Assembly: GCA_013265495.1 (NCBI GenBank)
Contig: MU058748.1
Coordinates: forward strand, 62,001 to 126,000
Direction of reading: 5' to 3'
DNA: 64,000 nt
Origin: Vicugna vicugna
Lineage: Eukaryota
Made by a program: the position numbers and the translations under genes
The notes under the pieces: generated by a model
Database searches by the model: none
What the model was told of the DNA's origin: nothing
Seen by the model: the letters and a program-made list of their open reading frames with translations, nothing else
Shown: positions 23,911 through 38,489 of the stretch, piece by piece
Layout: every line of letters starts with the position of its first letter
How positions within the stretch are numbered: the first letter of the stretch is position 1

Positions 23911-26900
23911 ACGGAAAACACTCTTAAGAGATAATCTGATTCATTTCCCAGTGTTATACTCATTTATGAGCTGTAATTTGAAAGTTTTCCTGATTGAGGC
24001 AGGGTCCAGATAGTATTATAATTACAATAAGAACTATAAGCTTATAGTTATTGAGTACTTACTTTGTCCAGGGCACTACCCTAAGCACTTAGCAGAACCT
24101 AAGCTCAAACTTAGACGGGAGCCAGAAGATGACTCAGAATCCGGCTCCACTGTCCCTGAGCAGTCACCTGCCCCGTCTCTCAGTTTCACTGTCTGTAAAA
24201 GGGGAGACATCTGTGACCTTGGAGTTTGGGCCAGATCAGCTACCAGTTATGAACCTATTTCTGCAGCCCACATGGCTAGCCCTGCCAGAGTACCCAGAGC
24301 AGTGTTGGGACAGGCTGACCCTCACTCCCTGACCTCCAGAATCCTCCTGTCTTGCCCTTGGCTTTTACTCACCTCCAAGCCCCGGATATCCGGATCTGCC
24401 CCTAAGAGTTCTCCTGAGAGTAGCAGAACCTTCACTCCGTCGGAATCTCTCTCTTAGGTTCCTGTCCCAGAGAAGCCCCATTTTTATTGCTTATTACTAT
24501 TTTTCTTAATTTGGCATCTTCAACTTTTGATAGTATATTTGAATGTATGTATTTATTATTTAAATTATTATGTCAGATCCAGGAGTATTTCCCACTACTT
24601 CTGCCTTTCATGATTTGCATAAAAAGCTTTTTCACTATACAGTTATTTGAATATTCACATTTATGTCTTCTATTTTTAAGTTTTGTTTTAGGATGAGTTA
24701 TAGCTGAATTAATTATAAGATACAGATAGGCATTAGTTTTTAATAATTTTCCAAGCAACCATTTATCTAATAGCCATTTATTGAACAATTTGTATTATAT
24801 TAGAATATAGCTCCAAATTAATGTTGAGAGCTTTCTATAAAAGGAAAAATGTTTCATGTTTATTTAAAAGGCACATTTTTCATTTGTATAAGACATCTTG
24901 TGTATTTTAACCAGGTGTTATTAACAGGCATTACATCACCCTACTACCAAGATAACCTTGATTGTCATACAAACGTAGTATGATTAATGTAGTATTCCTT
25001 ATTAAGTCAAATTTGTCAAAAATATATAGAATTCCCCTAAGATGATTATTAGAAATAAATTAAGTGCTTTGGTTCTTTTAAGCACTGATTGTTTGAGGTT
25101 GATCATACAGGAACAGTGAGCAAACCACTTTAACAAAATATATATCAGCAAACCTTTAACATCAGTAGAAAATGTTATTCATTCAAAGGTCACTCAAATT
25201 CATATCATAGTAATGTGCTATCTTAAATTGTGTTCAAATTTTACTTGGAAATCACCTTCAGAAGGGGGATATTTTGAATTATTTTACTGTAGGTCATTTC
25301 TGTTATGGAAGATACTATTAGAATGAAAGTGTCTAACAAAAATATTTCTAAGTCTTGCTTTAGCACCCATGCATTTAAAACAGTAGAACAAATTTCTTCT
25401 CATCAAGCATCAAGATAGCTACTTGGCATTCTTTCCAATAAGATAGACCTTTTTATGTTTCACTGTGAAACTGAAAGAACTGCTATAAAATTAATGAGTA
25501 TGTGTGAATTCATTACAATCTCTAAAAAGAATGGCTCCCTCTGTCTGTTAGTCTATTTTAGAGATGAGTTTAGGAAAATAAACATCCCTATTTTAGGCAA
25601 TGTCTACACAGAGATTGAGTTCACTATATACTTCTCGAAAGTTAAATAATATACACTTGACATTTCAAAACTAAAATAAAACTTCAATAATAAAAAAGTT
25701 TTAAAATTAAACTTCTGTTTCTTTTCATACTAGAATAGAAATATATAGTGTGCCTTGATTACATGCCATTTATATCAGTAATGGCAGGAAATATATTTAA
25801 TAATTGAAACTTTCATTAGAATTTGTCCTTTGAATAATGCGTGTCGTTTCTATTCTGCTTGAGCTACTTGGGTAAGACTTTCTGGAGGATAGGGAAGAAT
25901 GATGCTGAGGACTTAGAATAGGAACTTTACAGATTTATTCAGATACGTAGTTTGCAGAACATCTGCAAGTTCAAAAAATCAGGAGGAGAGATAAGGTTCA
26001 TTATCACATTGATCACAAATTATATGTATACTTGTGCATTATACTTTGCTTTCTTCCAAGTCCTTGGGGTAGAAGGGAAGAGAGGTATCATTGGTGTTTT
26101 TTAATACAAAGCATATTGTTTTAAAGTGAGTGTCTGAATGTGAATTATTGATTCAAACATTATTATCAGGTGGGACATACACCCCAAAGTATAAAAGTGG
26201 TATATATCCCAATTATGCCTTGTGCTGGTGCTGCCTCCATATATCCAAATAACCTGGTGAGAAAATTTCAAAGATGCCTAGGAACCCTGGATCACAAGAT
26301 AGCAGCCAAAGAAAGGCTACCACGTCACCAAATCCCTTCAGAAGTTTTAAATTATTGACATTAATTAATCTTTACTTGCAGCTCAAGATAGAAGGTAAGG
26401 AGAAGGAAGTTAGGCCAGATAAGACAAAACTAGCCTTGGATTGCCAACAAAACCCATCTGGGAATTCCAAGAGAACTCTGTTTTGGGAGTAAATATGTGT
26501 TGGAGAGTCTCAGCTTTCCCAACAGGGCGGAAATGCCAGGATATGATAGCTTGAGCCTGTTACTCCATAGCTTATGTAATGAAATTCAAATAATTGTTTC
26601 AAAGTATAAAGTGTGCATATTTGAATTCAGTGAAATCATATGGGAACCATGTAGAGTTATTAAAAGCAATGCTCAAAAAGTTTAAGTGAATTATATTGGA
26701 TTACAGTGACATAGATTGGCAGAGCTGGGATAGACACCAATATTTCTGACTTTGATTTTAATATTTTTGCCTTTGGCATAGTTCTGCCATTTTGTATACT
26801 AGAGTCTAAAACATATACATTCTGCTAGTTTGACAGAATTTGACCAGAAATTCAACAAAGACCTTTATATGTATATCACATTCACTTTAGATCAACTTCA

Positions 26901-27089
26901 CATTTTGAAGCTTGTAGGTTGGTAATTCAGTATTCTGAGAGTGATAAGAACCTTTTCAGAGTATCTGGTTTTCTTCTTCTAAGGTCTTATGCAGATGATT
27001 AAACAATAAAGGTTATGTGCAGCAGTGCCCCGCATTCCTGTTTCTTATGATGTATTTTTGTACATACTATATTTAATTTTAATTTCCAG

Positions 27090-27290
27090 GAAGAACTTTG
27101 GCATGATAAAAAGAAAATCAAACATCTGAATTAAGAGTTTTGGATTGTTGGCTCAGCTCTGTCTCTGAATAGCTGTTTAATCTTGAATAAGCCTTTTAAA
27201 ATATCTGAATGTCAGTTCCAAATTTTAAAAAAAGCAAAGTCTGACTTAAATGACCTCAAATATTCTTTCTAACACTGACATTCTTTGATT
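27090..27290 (+). mobile_element. MIR SINE
   Basis: ctcagctctgtctctgaatagctgtttaatcttgaataagcc...ttctaacactgacattctttgattct. Confidence 0.55.
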
Positions 27291-28769
27291 CTATAAGTAT
27301 GCATTTTATTATTCAATAATGTCTTCTCTTTGTTGACTTGCATGAAGTTCTCAGGTATAATTTTACTTCTTTTAGCTAAAGTTCCAATTTGACTTTAGGT
27401 GCATTAGAGTAACACTCCAATGTTCTGCTCAGATATTGTGGTGACAGAATTCTGGCAAACTGTTTAGTATGTGGGTTGTTGTCACCCCATAGACACTCAG
27501 ACCGTCAGACATTTGGATGATGTGCTAGTTTGATTGTGGGGTATAACTGAGTCATCATTGAGCACTGTCAAAATAAATGTCTCATCACGCCATTCAGTAG
27601 GTTGACTGCTGGATTCTAAACAGTACCTATTAAGCTCTTAAGTAAATACAACAGAAAAGTCTCAGCCCTTCGTTTAAATAGCTGTGGGATTTGAAATAGC
27701 ATGTGGAATTTAATGAAAGCTTCAGCTACTTGAAATGCCTTGCTTGTACTTATCCTTTGCCATCTACCAAAATGTTTTTTCCCCCCAGCTTTACACAGTC
27801 TGTAACTGAGATTGGAAGTTAAAATGAAATAAAAACCAGTGAGTCAAAGCCAAGCTAAGTTCATTAGAATAGACTTTTTCTCCTTTTTGTCAGCTCAACA
27901 TGTGAATAATCATACGGAACCTGAGAGTGCAAAACCTGTATCACAGTGAATAATGAATGATTTAGTTCCAATTAAGAAGTTTCCTTTTAAAAAGAACAAG
28001 TGTAATGGCCCTCTTATGAATAAATTAAGGTTAGTTTGAAAACGTGGTTTTGTTAAACAAATTTGAATGGCTTTTCCTTCACTTCCTAGGAGTCCCTGAT
28101 ATGGACTGTTTGGCCTTCTCGCTTTTATTTTAGGGCTTGCAACCTCCAGTCATTGTTGAAACCTCCAAGTGATAAGTGCAAGCTAGGATTTTGTTTGTTT
28201 TGTGTCTTATAATTACCTGAGCAATCTCCCTAGAAGTTTTCTATATAAAGTGCATCAAGTTTGAAGTGCTTATTCTATTCTGTCTAATTTTTAAGGATGC
28301 TTTGACTTTTTTGTTTCTTATTATGACAGTTTAAATATCATTTACAGAGCTATTTCTACTTGCTTGTTTACTGCAGTGACAATGGATGATCGGTGTTTAT
28401 TTTCCAAGTCTTACTTTTACAGTGCAGTGCTTTCTCAGAGCAGCTCTCCATATAAAACCTCTGTGTAGAATAGCAATATTATTCACAGTGTAAAATGTTT
28501 ATGTCATGAATTATTTATTATTTCATATATATATTTGGGCATAAGCATACAGTTAAATAGAGAAACTTTTTTTTGAAATTTTTCATGAGTATTAAATTTT
28601 GCATGTACCATCTTATGGACAGTTTACATCTGACTTAAATATGTGATGATAATATACAATATCTTTATACATAAAAGAAGATGCTTTTCCTTTAGACTAA
28701 TGATTCTAATGGTGAGATGTACAGGGAGATACAAAGGTCTGAACAGTGGGTACAACTTTTAATAATACC

Positions 28770-28960
28770 TAACAGTACTTTACAGATTACAAAGCACTCT
28801 TTAATATATTGCCTTACATGATTATTATGAAAGTAATGAGACTATTAGGGCTGGTATAAATTTACCTATTTAAAGATACAAAGACCAAGGTTTGAAAGCA
28901 TAGTACAAGCCGATATTCACAGTGTAATCCTAGAACTGCCCCTGAATACCACATCTCTTG
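28770..28960 (-). mobile_element. MIR SINE
   Basis: agtactttacagattacaaagcactctt...acctatttaaagataca. Confidence 0.5.
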
Positions 28961-29236
28961 ATATCTGGTATAATGTTATTTTCATATGATGTGTTAAGTT
29001 TAGGTTGGTTAAGGTCATCTGAAAAAGTGCAAAATCTCCCTCATCTTTTTTGTATATATAAGAATTGCAACTGTTCATAATCAGGTAAGATTCCATTTTA
29101 CCTTCAGGCATAAGGAATAAACATAAGTCCAGAAAAGAAAATTATTCAAATATTATGTGTATGTGTGTGAAATATATATATGAGTCAGTCTCCCCTCTCT
29201 ATATATTTGGATAACTTAATATACACAATACTTGGA

Positions 29237-29255
29237 GATATATATATATATATAT
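29237..29255. repeat. (TA)n microsatellite
   Basis: Direct observation. Confidence 0.9.
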
Positions 29256-29756
29256 GTAAATATGTATATTACATGTAAATTATCTCTAAATATCCATAGT
29301 TTGAAATACATTCACATGAAAAGTGATCTAATTTTTAAGTAGCTAAGGAAAGACAGGAAATGAGTTGGAGGAAACGAAACTCTTCTTTGATTCCCAGGTC
29401 TCAGGACCTCAGTGCAGTCCTCCTACTCCCATGTTTACTGAAGTTTGGGAATGTTCCCTCCTCTTCAGACTTTGAGAAGGATTGGAATTAACTCTTCCTT
29501 AATGTTTGGTTGAGTTCACCAGTGAAGCTGTCTGGCCCTGGGCTTTTTCGCTGGAAGACCTTTGATTACTGATTCAATATCCTTACTCATTACAGGTATA
29601 CTCTGATTTTCTATTTCTTCACGATTCAGACTAGTTTGCATATTTCTAGGAATTCATCCATGTCTTTTAGGTAATCCAGTTTATTGGTGTATAATTGTTC
29701 GTAGCAGTCTCTCAAAGTCCTTTACATTTCTGTGATACCAGTTTTATGTCTCCTCT

Positions 29757-30328
29757 TGAAACCATGGGTGATTATTTGTGATATCCATTTGACCTGCCTT
29801 CACTAATCAAGGTTGTTTTAATTATTGCTACAAAATGTCCTCCAGGCTGCAGGCAACCTAAACCACGAGATGTTTGCCCAAGTTGTTCTCCAGGAACTTG
29901 GAGTCAGTTGTGTCTAGTTTGAGCTGAGCTGGTTTGGAATGGATAGGACCACCGACGCTCCAGCTGGGCATGCTTGAGTGTCTCCTTGGTGACTTTTTAA
30001 CTTCAGAGGACTGAAAACTCCACCGCTAACGGTCCCGCTAACGGCCTCTATTTTTTAACGTGCAGAGGCTTGTAGCTTAGTTTATACCTGTACCGAAGGA
30101 CAATCCCTGCACCTTTTTCCAATCACCTTTTCCCGTGCTCCTCATGCTCCCCATGCCTGCTTCTTTTTTCTGTATCCTATAAGTACCCCAAAGCCTCCAC
30201 AGAGGAAGCTCCCTTTCTGTCTCCTCCCTTGGCTGTCTTGTGAATAAACCCTCTCTTTGCTGCTAACCTTGGCGTCTCAGCATTTTGGTTTGTTGAATAT
30301 TAGGCAAGACAACCTTGGTTTGGTAACA
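29757..30328 (+). mobile_element. Solo ERV1-class LTR (572 bp)
   Basis: TG...CA termini, 4-bp TSD ctct (29753-29756 and 30329-30332), TATAA at 30178 and AATAAA at 30243. It interrupts the host L1 cleanly. Confidence 0.88.
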
Positions 30329-30793
30329 CTCTTTCACTTCTGGCTTTATTGTAGTCTTTCTTCTTTCTTAGTGTAGATAACAGTTTGCCCATTTTATTTA
30401 TCTTTTCAAAAAGAAGTTCTCAGTCTCTAATCTGTTCTAGTCTCTTTCATTTCTTCCTGCTCTGATCTTTATTTCCATCCTTCTGCTAACTTTGGCCTTT
30501 GTTCTTTTTCTAGTTCCTTGAGTTGTAACATTAGGCCGCTCATTTAGAATGTTTCTTTTTTTCTTAGTATGGGCATTTATTACTATAAACTTCCTTGTTC
30601 GAACTACTTTTGCTGTATCCCATAAATTTCAGTATGGTGTGTTTTCATTTTCATTTGCCTTAAGATAAATTTTTTAATTTCCCCTTTGTTTAGGATTGTA
30701 TGTTTAATTTCCACATGTTTGTTAATTTTCTGGCTTTTCTCCTGTTACTGAGTTCCGGTTTCATAGCATTGAGGTTGAAAAAGATGCTTGATA

Positions 30794-31806
30794 TTTTTTT
30801 AAATGTATTTTTATTGAAGTATCGGGTACAATGTTGTCAGTTTCTGGTGTACAGCATAATGCTTTGGTCATACATGAACATACATATATTTATTTTCATA
30901 TTATTTTTCATGATAAGTTACTACAAGATATTGAATATAGTCTCCTGTGCTATACAGTATAAACTTGTTGTTTATCTATTTTATGTATATTAGTATCTTC
31001 AAATCTCAAACTCCCAATTTATCCCTTCCCACCCCTTTCCCCTGCTGGTAACCATAAGTTTGTTTTCTATGTCTGTGAGTCTGTTTCTATTTTGTAAATA
31101 AGTTTTATTTGTTTGTTTGTTTGTTTTAATTCCACATATAAGTGATATTATGTGGTATTTTTCTTTCTCTTTCTGGCATACTTCACTTAGAATGACAATC
31201 TCCAGGTTCATCCATGTTGCTGCAAATAGCATTATTTTATTTTTTTTATGGATAAGTAGCCCATTATATAAATATACCACAACTGCTTTATCCAGTCATC
31301 TATCTATGGACATTTAGGTTGTTTCCATGTCTTGGCTACTGTAAATAGTGCTCTATGAACATTGGGGTGCATGCATCTTTTTGAATTAAGGTTCCCTCTG
31401 GATATATGCCCAGGAATGGGATTGCTGGATCATTTGGTAAGTCTAGTTTTAGTTTTTTGAGGACTCTCCATAGTGTTTTTTGTAACAGCTGCACCAAACT
31501 ACATTCCCACCAACAGTTTAGGAGAGTTCCCTTTTCTCCACACCCTCTACAGCATTCGTTCGTGGACTTTTGAATGATGGCCATTCTGACTGCTGTGAGG
31601 TGATACCTCATTGTAGTTTTGATTTGCATTTCTCTAATAATTAGTGATGTTGAGCATTTTTTCATGTGCCTATTGGCTACCAAATAATGTTTGGAAATAT
31701 ACAGCAAGTTAATCAGGAGATCACTTTCATATAAATATGGAGTAAGAAAAACTCATGACCTATGAGCAAAATTCATATATTGAGAAAAGTTTGTTATTAC
31801 ATGTGA
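30794..31806 (-). mobile_element. Chimeric L1-derived element, copy 2 (L1 3' end plus ~127 bp non-L1 head at 31680-31806)
   Basis: T tail at 30794, L1 ORF2 C-terminus ([26 protein letters not shown]...), and the same junction and head as 5474-5603. Confidence 0.88.
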
Positions 31807-33479
31807 TTTGGGTAGTTTTCAGCCATTATTCCTTAAAATACTCTTTCTACCACTTTCTCTCTCTCTCTTCTCTTTCGGGAGCCTCCGTAATATAAATATT
31901 ATTTTGTTTGATGGTATTCTACAATTCTCATAGGCTCTCCTCAGTCTTTTTGATTTTTTTTTTATAATTTCTCTCCTTTGACTGGATAATTTCAAATGAC
32001 TTGTCTTTAATTTCACAGATGCTTTCTTCTGATTGATCCAGCCTGTTGCTGATAGCTTGCACTGTTCATTTCATTCATTGTGTTCTTCAGATCCAGGGTT
32101 TCTGCTGATTTGTTTTTATGATTTCTATATCTCTGTTAAACTTCTTTTTGTCATGTATTGTTTTCCTGATTTCATTGCCTCTTGTAGGTTGCTGAGCTTC
32201 CCTAAGGACAAGTATTTCAAATTATTTGTCCATTAATTTGTAGATTTCCACTTCAGTGTGTTTGGTTACTGGAGAGGTACTGTGTTCCTTTGGTGTCATG
32301 TTTTCTTGACTTTGTTTTTCATGTTTCTCATAGCCTTTTGTTGATCTACATGTTTGATAGAGAAGTTACCTCTTCCTGACTTTATGGACTGGTTTTACCC
32401 TTGAGTTGCTGGGGCTATAGTTTGATGGTTCCTGCTCTAGAAAAGGACCAAATACATAGTCTCCATGCAGCTCTGCCAGTTGAGATCAGAGTCAGTAAAG
32501 ATTGTGGCCAAGGATGGGTGTGTCTGTAGTTGTGTTGAGGGCTGTTGGGGGTCTTTGGTGACATAGGCTGCTTGGAACCTCCTGATCTCTTTTTCTTTCA
32601 GGGGGGATGTCATGGTCAGGGGAATCCCTGTTGGCACCAGGTGTGGTTCAGTCACCCTCACAGTGGTGATGACACTGGTGTCTGAGCATATGCCCATGGA
32701 GTAGCCATGGGCCTGGGTTTTGGAGAGTGGGTGTTTGTGGAGTGACAACAGCTCTGAGGTCTGGGCCCTGGCTAACCCACAGAGGTGGTGGATCCAGTGC
32801 CTGAAACATGAGTGAATGTGGAGCACCTGTGGAGCTAGGTGCTAAAGCACAGGTATGCAAAGAGTGGCTCAAAGCTGGGCTCTTTGGTCCAAGGCAGGTG
32901 TGGGGTTGCGGTGTGGTGGCCCTGGTCCTGGGGTGGTGCAACAGTAGCTCCGTCCTGGAGAATTTGTAGCAGCATCTGTCTGTCTCTGGGTAGTGAGTGG
33001 CAGCAATGGCTGTTGGTTACCTTGGTTGCTAAAGCTGCCAGTGTCACAGAACAGGCTGCCGGGGTCTTCACCAAGGAACATTGGGAGCCTCCATTTTTGG
33101 AGGCTGTGGGCGATCCATGGCTGTCATAGGATCTATTGAAGTCCTCAGGAAGAAAGGCTGCCAGAGTCTTCTGCAGAGCAGACCACAAGGGATTGCAGTG
33201 GCATCTGCTGCATGACTGATACTGATAGTCCCTTCCCATCTTCTTTATCCCTAGTCATCTCCAGATATTTCAGCTAAACCAATCTCCCCAGGCAACCCTT
33301 TCTGAAGTGCTATTCTCTGTTTTGCTTGATTGTGTTGCTGTATGTTCTTAATTGGATTCTTGAGCCCTCCTAGGGCTATTTTCAGTCATAGAAATCTGTC
33401 TAATTTTTTTGTGGGGAATGACAGCTGGTATGCTGGTATCTCCTACCCTACCATCTTGCTTTTGTCCTTAGCTCTTCTT

Positions 33480-34070
33480 TTTTATTATTCTCTATATCAT
33501 TGCCATAACCTATCTACCATCTTTCTAGGCATTGCTATTTCAATCCACTTGATTAACGTCCCTGACTTCTCATTGTTTGTAGCATACTGTATAAAAATTC
33601 TAGTCTTGTATATAAATCTGCACAGTTTAGTCAAAACCTACTTCTCCCAGCTCATGTCTCTTATTATTCCCATCTGCACCTCTCCTTCAACCAGTGACTT
33701 GATGCCAAAATCACACTTGTACAGGGGATGCTGGTCACATTATTTCCATAAAATCCTCTTCTAATTCACTTATTAAATTTCTCTTCCTAAAAGATCCAGT
33801 TCAAATGGCATCTCTTACGGGAAATCTTTACTAATCACTCTGGATAGAATTCAACATAGCTTTTTGTCATATTTTGTCACACCATTCTGTTCACAACTTT
33901 CTTGTAGTGCCTCTGCATTATATTGAAATTATCTTTTCCCACATTGTCCCACTAAAATACTGAGCACTCTCTTGGGAGGAGGAACTGTGTATAATTTCTC
34001 TATGAAGTCCCTGCACATAACACAGTGTAAGGGGTTGTAAATGCTCATAAATAGTTTACTGAAGCAATGA
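33480..34070 (+). mobile_element. L2 LINE 3' fragment
   Basis: agttcaaatggcatctctt...gagcactctcttgggaggagga...cacataacacagtg...aaatagtttactgaa. Confidence 0.6.
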
Positions 34071-34249
34071 GAGGTTATGGAGAAAGCAAATTAAGCTAAC
34101 TCTTCACTTTTATTACTAACAGACCTCAGGTGAGGTGGGAAATTGCCATCAATATGAATGAAAATGTCCTGGTCTCAATTTTATCACGACTTCCAGGCTG
34201 TGTCTGTAGCGAGTAATAGAGAAGGGCGGGGTTCCTTGGTGGAAAGCAC

Positions 34250-34400
34250 AGTCGCCTGGAATTTGTGAGACCGTCGGCTCTGGTCCTGCAGTGTTCATTT
34301 AACAGCCAGTTGACTTGGCCATTTTCTTTATCTATTCTCTATCTACAAATGAAAGAAATAGATGGAAAACATTTCCATGATGGCATTCAAGTTTTCCAAT
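34250..34400 (+). mobile_element. MIR fragment
   Basis: ctctggtcctgcagtgttcatttaacagccagttgacttgg...ctatctacaaatg. Confidence 0.4.
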
Positions 34401-37400
34401 GTATTTGGGGGAAAAATGATAAATTGTTTAAAAAGTTTGTGTCATCTTGCATAGAAAATTGCTCTAAGTTGGTATCTTAGCTATTAGAAAAGTGATTTTT
34501 CAAGTTCCTAATATTAATGGTGTCTTTTTTTCCTGGCATGAACTGGTGAATTAACATAAACTCCCGTGGTTTATGATAGCATAAAATATATTAGTTAATG
34601 AATAACAAACTATTAATATCATATATAATCATACATTTTAAATAACACTTTGAAATTTGTAAAGAATTTTTTCTTTCATCATATCTTATAATAATCTTAT
34701 GGGATAGATGAAGTATATATTAGTTTTCCCATCCTACATGGCCTGAAAATGAGAGAAATACATTAAATGACTTTTCCATCATTAACAAGCTACAGTGGTA
34801 TAGAACTGAAACTTGACTAATTATTTGCAAAACATCACAATTTTTCTAAAATATTGTGAGGCCAAGGGTTTGAAAGTAATACTTAACTGTCCTTGAACAT
34901 TTCTCAAGATACCAGTTTATCCTTTTGTTAATACAAACAAAGCAGGATCGAATTAAGCAAGCCAGAATGTTTTGGTCCTTTTAGGATCTCAAACAAATTC
35001 CCTGAAGTCAATAAAGTGTTTCATCATGTTTCTTTTATGATTTTTAAAGATACTAGTTTTGTATTTCTGCTTGATTGTATAATCAACAGACCTCAAGTAG
35101 ATCTAATCACAAATGTTCTAATCATAGTCATTCAAAATAATTTCAGAGTAAGATTTGACCAGGAGTTAAATTTAACAGTTCTTAAAACTTTAAATTCCTG
35201 TCTGCACTTACAACTCCTTGTCTAAATGGCTGTTGATTATAAAACTAGGATTAATAACAAATCATTTTTCAATGTAGTGTTTGGCAGTGTAAAGATTAGA
35301 ATTTCTTACTGGGCACTAGAATATAAATTCTGATTGAAGTTACGTACTTCAGAAGAGAAAACTCTTCATGGATGAGAGCTAACAAAAAATAGAATTGTAT
35401 GTTTAAAATAATTTTATAATTTTTGAAGTATGTATTTTTTTATTTTCCAAAGAGTCAAAATAAGGATAAATATCAAGATACTTGGTATTTTCAGGGAAAT
35501 GTAGATATAAACACTTCAATTTTCAGATCTTATGTAATTTCAACTCTAGGATGAATTCTTTACATCTGAATGAAATACCATTTCTTGATTTGCTAAGATG
35601 TAAAAACAAACAGTATCAGCTCAATGATTTTTTAAACCGCACTTACGTGAAATTATGTCGCATTTATTAATTTGTGCAATGATTCTTACTGTTGATTATA
35701 CCTAGAGTTTTTAAAAGTACTGATATTTAGTGCTTACAGCCAAAGATTCATTGTGAATTAGCCTGAGATATGGCCTGCTTATCAGAAGATCAGAAGTTTT
35801 CCAGTTTATTCTGATGTGAAGCTAAATTTGAGAACAACTGCTGTAGTGTTTTGTATTGAAGCCAGTTTAAATATAAAGTCTTAATGGGTAGTGCTTTAAA
35901 TGTGGGAGACATTTTGGTGACGTAAAGCTGGTTAATACAGCTTTAAAGGAAATAGGCTCTCATTTATCAGATATGCTAACACTTTATAAGAAGCATGATC
36001 ATTTTAAGATAATTTACAAGAAAAAAAACCCTTCAGAGTATTCAGTCTATAATGATATGTTTCACCTTTTCAGTATTATATTATCTTTGTTGATGGAGAG
36101 AATGAAATTCTGAAGAATCTGAAAGATACCCTAGCATACAAAATTATGTTTGTATAATTTTCATGTTCAACGTATTTCAGTTAATTTTAATGACTAAAAA
36201 TCCGTGGGTGATATACACCATAATTTCATTGCCAGGACTGTTCTAGTCAGTGAAAGAGCCAATTCCCAATAGATCTGGAAGTCAGCGTTGCCATCTGAAG
36301 ATGGCTCTTGGAGCCAATATTGGTATGTGCATGTATGGTGTTTTTTGTAACCTTCCTACTACAGCTTTCAGTCCGCCAGAAGACCTTTCTCATCACATCA
36401 GTCCAGTGAGGTAGAGTGCACCACAAATGGAAATATTAACTGTTCGATAGTCATGATCTGTGGTAAAAATTCTGGTTTAATACAGTTAAATTATTCAGAC
36501 TTTGCCTACTATTTACATAACATTTGATTGAATAGAAAAATGTTTACAATATTAATTTTTGCAACATTGAAATTGCCCTATGCTTTGATTAATCTCAACT
36601 TCTTGCATTCACACCTATGTAATGGTTATGTCTCCAAATTACTATTTATCATAATTAGCAGCTTTCTATTGCAATTAGCCAACCCCACTTTCCAACACTG
36701 TCTGAGATAGCTTAATTTTTTTCTTAGTTGACATATTTTAATTTATATTTTAGTTTGTGGTTTCAGTTTTTCTTTTACTTTTTTTTGGAATTTAAGCTCA
36801 AAAAGAATTTTTGAACTGGTTCTTATTTGCTATCAAGTAGTTCTAAACAAAATATGTATTATTAACATGCTATCTATCTGAAAAAAACATGTTAAGATTA
36901 AATTGACTCAGTGACTTCAAGAGTTAGGATATTTACATACACATGCACACACATACTTCTTTTTTAAAAGGTTGTTTAATATTATTTATAAGGTAGAAAA
37001 TATTTTCAGATTGGCTCATTATTATTTGTATTTATATTGTACAAGCTAAGGCAATGGCTGGGATAGCATGGACTTGACAAGAATAGAGAAGAGGCAATTT
37101 GAAATTCCAGACTTCTAACACATGGCTTTCAAACACTCTAAATTTATTTATGTCATCCTCAGATCTGGCATCTAATGCATATGTATTTGTTCTGATGAGT
37201 ACTAAATACATGCACAAAAATTGCCATAAACTGAGCTGTATGATGATGCTGGTCTCCAAAGGACAATCCAACCATCTAGATATTTAGATTTCCTATTTCC
37301 ATTCAATAAGGTGGATCTAGGCTTCAGATAAAGATCCTTAGAAGGCTATTTGCTTAATCTTAGATAATAGTTTTCAATGCTCTGGTGAAAACTCTTCTCA

Positions 37401-38489
37401 GAGCTTTTCAATTTTAAGTAATCTTTTGAAAATTTCTTTCCCAATGGTTGATACAGTTCTTATATTTTGTCAAAAAAAAGCTAAAAACAGTGATTTATCT
37501 TAATATATGTTAGGTATATTCAGTGCCTTTTATTTCCAGATCTAAACAATGAATTTGTTTTATAGCTTAGAACTGGGGCCAGAGGAAAAATTGTTTCTCT
37601 CCATAAACCATGCAGTATCTTTCATCAGATAAGGAGGAAAGTGAAACTTACCCTTATCTTCTCTCCTCTATTATGTGACTTCATTTTGGTTTTAGAATTT
37701 CAACTTACTGATTTTATCTTGATACATTATACATGTTCAGTGCATGTAGCGTAGATAAATAATAGGAAAAAATTATAAAAAACACAATTGTAGGAAAGAT
37801 AAATTTTATTTTATTGAAAATATTACCCCAAAGTATTTAGTTTTCCTAAATATCATGAATCTCATATTAATCCATGGCTCTGATTCCTTTCTGTTTATTT
37901 TGAACAAATATTTGGGGCACTGAGTGTCATTTTAAAAGCATTGGTTTCATAATTTAGTACTCCATAACTAGCAATTAAATTTAGATGTATAGATTTATTT
38001 CAATTATTTACTTCTAAAGAATGGTTAGATTTAGCTACAAGGATGTTTAACATAACTACACATCCAGCATTATTTCCTTAGAATACTTTTCCAGAAGTGA
38101 TATTATTTTGATTGAAAGGGTATGAAAAATGTTAAGGCATTTGACTTATGCTTTTAAAAATCCTCTGTAGAAAATGCCTGTTGTTTTAATTGGCCCATTT
38201 TATGTGTGTCTTGTGTTATAAATTGCATCAAATATGTTTTGATATGCATACCATACACTAGAAATGTAAATGTAATTAGATAAAGCAACAGATATAATAC
38301 CCAATTATTGTATAACAGGTTGACATAATTTTAAGGATATTTAAAAAAAAATACTGTGGTAAATCCCTGTCAAGTCAGTTTCTAAGGAAGTTCTTAAAAA
38401 AAAAAAGGATTCAAATTTCCAAATATTTTAGTTACACACACAGGATTTTAGTAACTGTTGGTATAATAAAATGCAGTAATTTGAGAAGC

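Larger units (their letters stand above)
29460..33470 (-). mobile_element. Older L1M element (ORF2 5' part, ORF1, 5' UTR), antisense, interrupted by a solo LTR and the chimeric element
   Basis: gagttcaccagtgaagctgtctggccctgggc, gcatttattactataaacttcc, an ORF1-like translation at 31819-32016, and the end cctaccatcttg. Confidence 0.8.

Noticed and set aside
32437..33239. Cluster of overlapping ORFs
   Set aside because: They lie in the GC-rich 5' UTR of the old L1 and show no coding signature.
36180..36470. Non-repeat segment with a possible minus-strand terminal exon (DHDYRTVNISICGALYLTGLM*)
   Set aside because: No supporting upstream exons and no recognisable homology.
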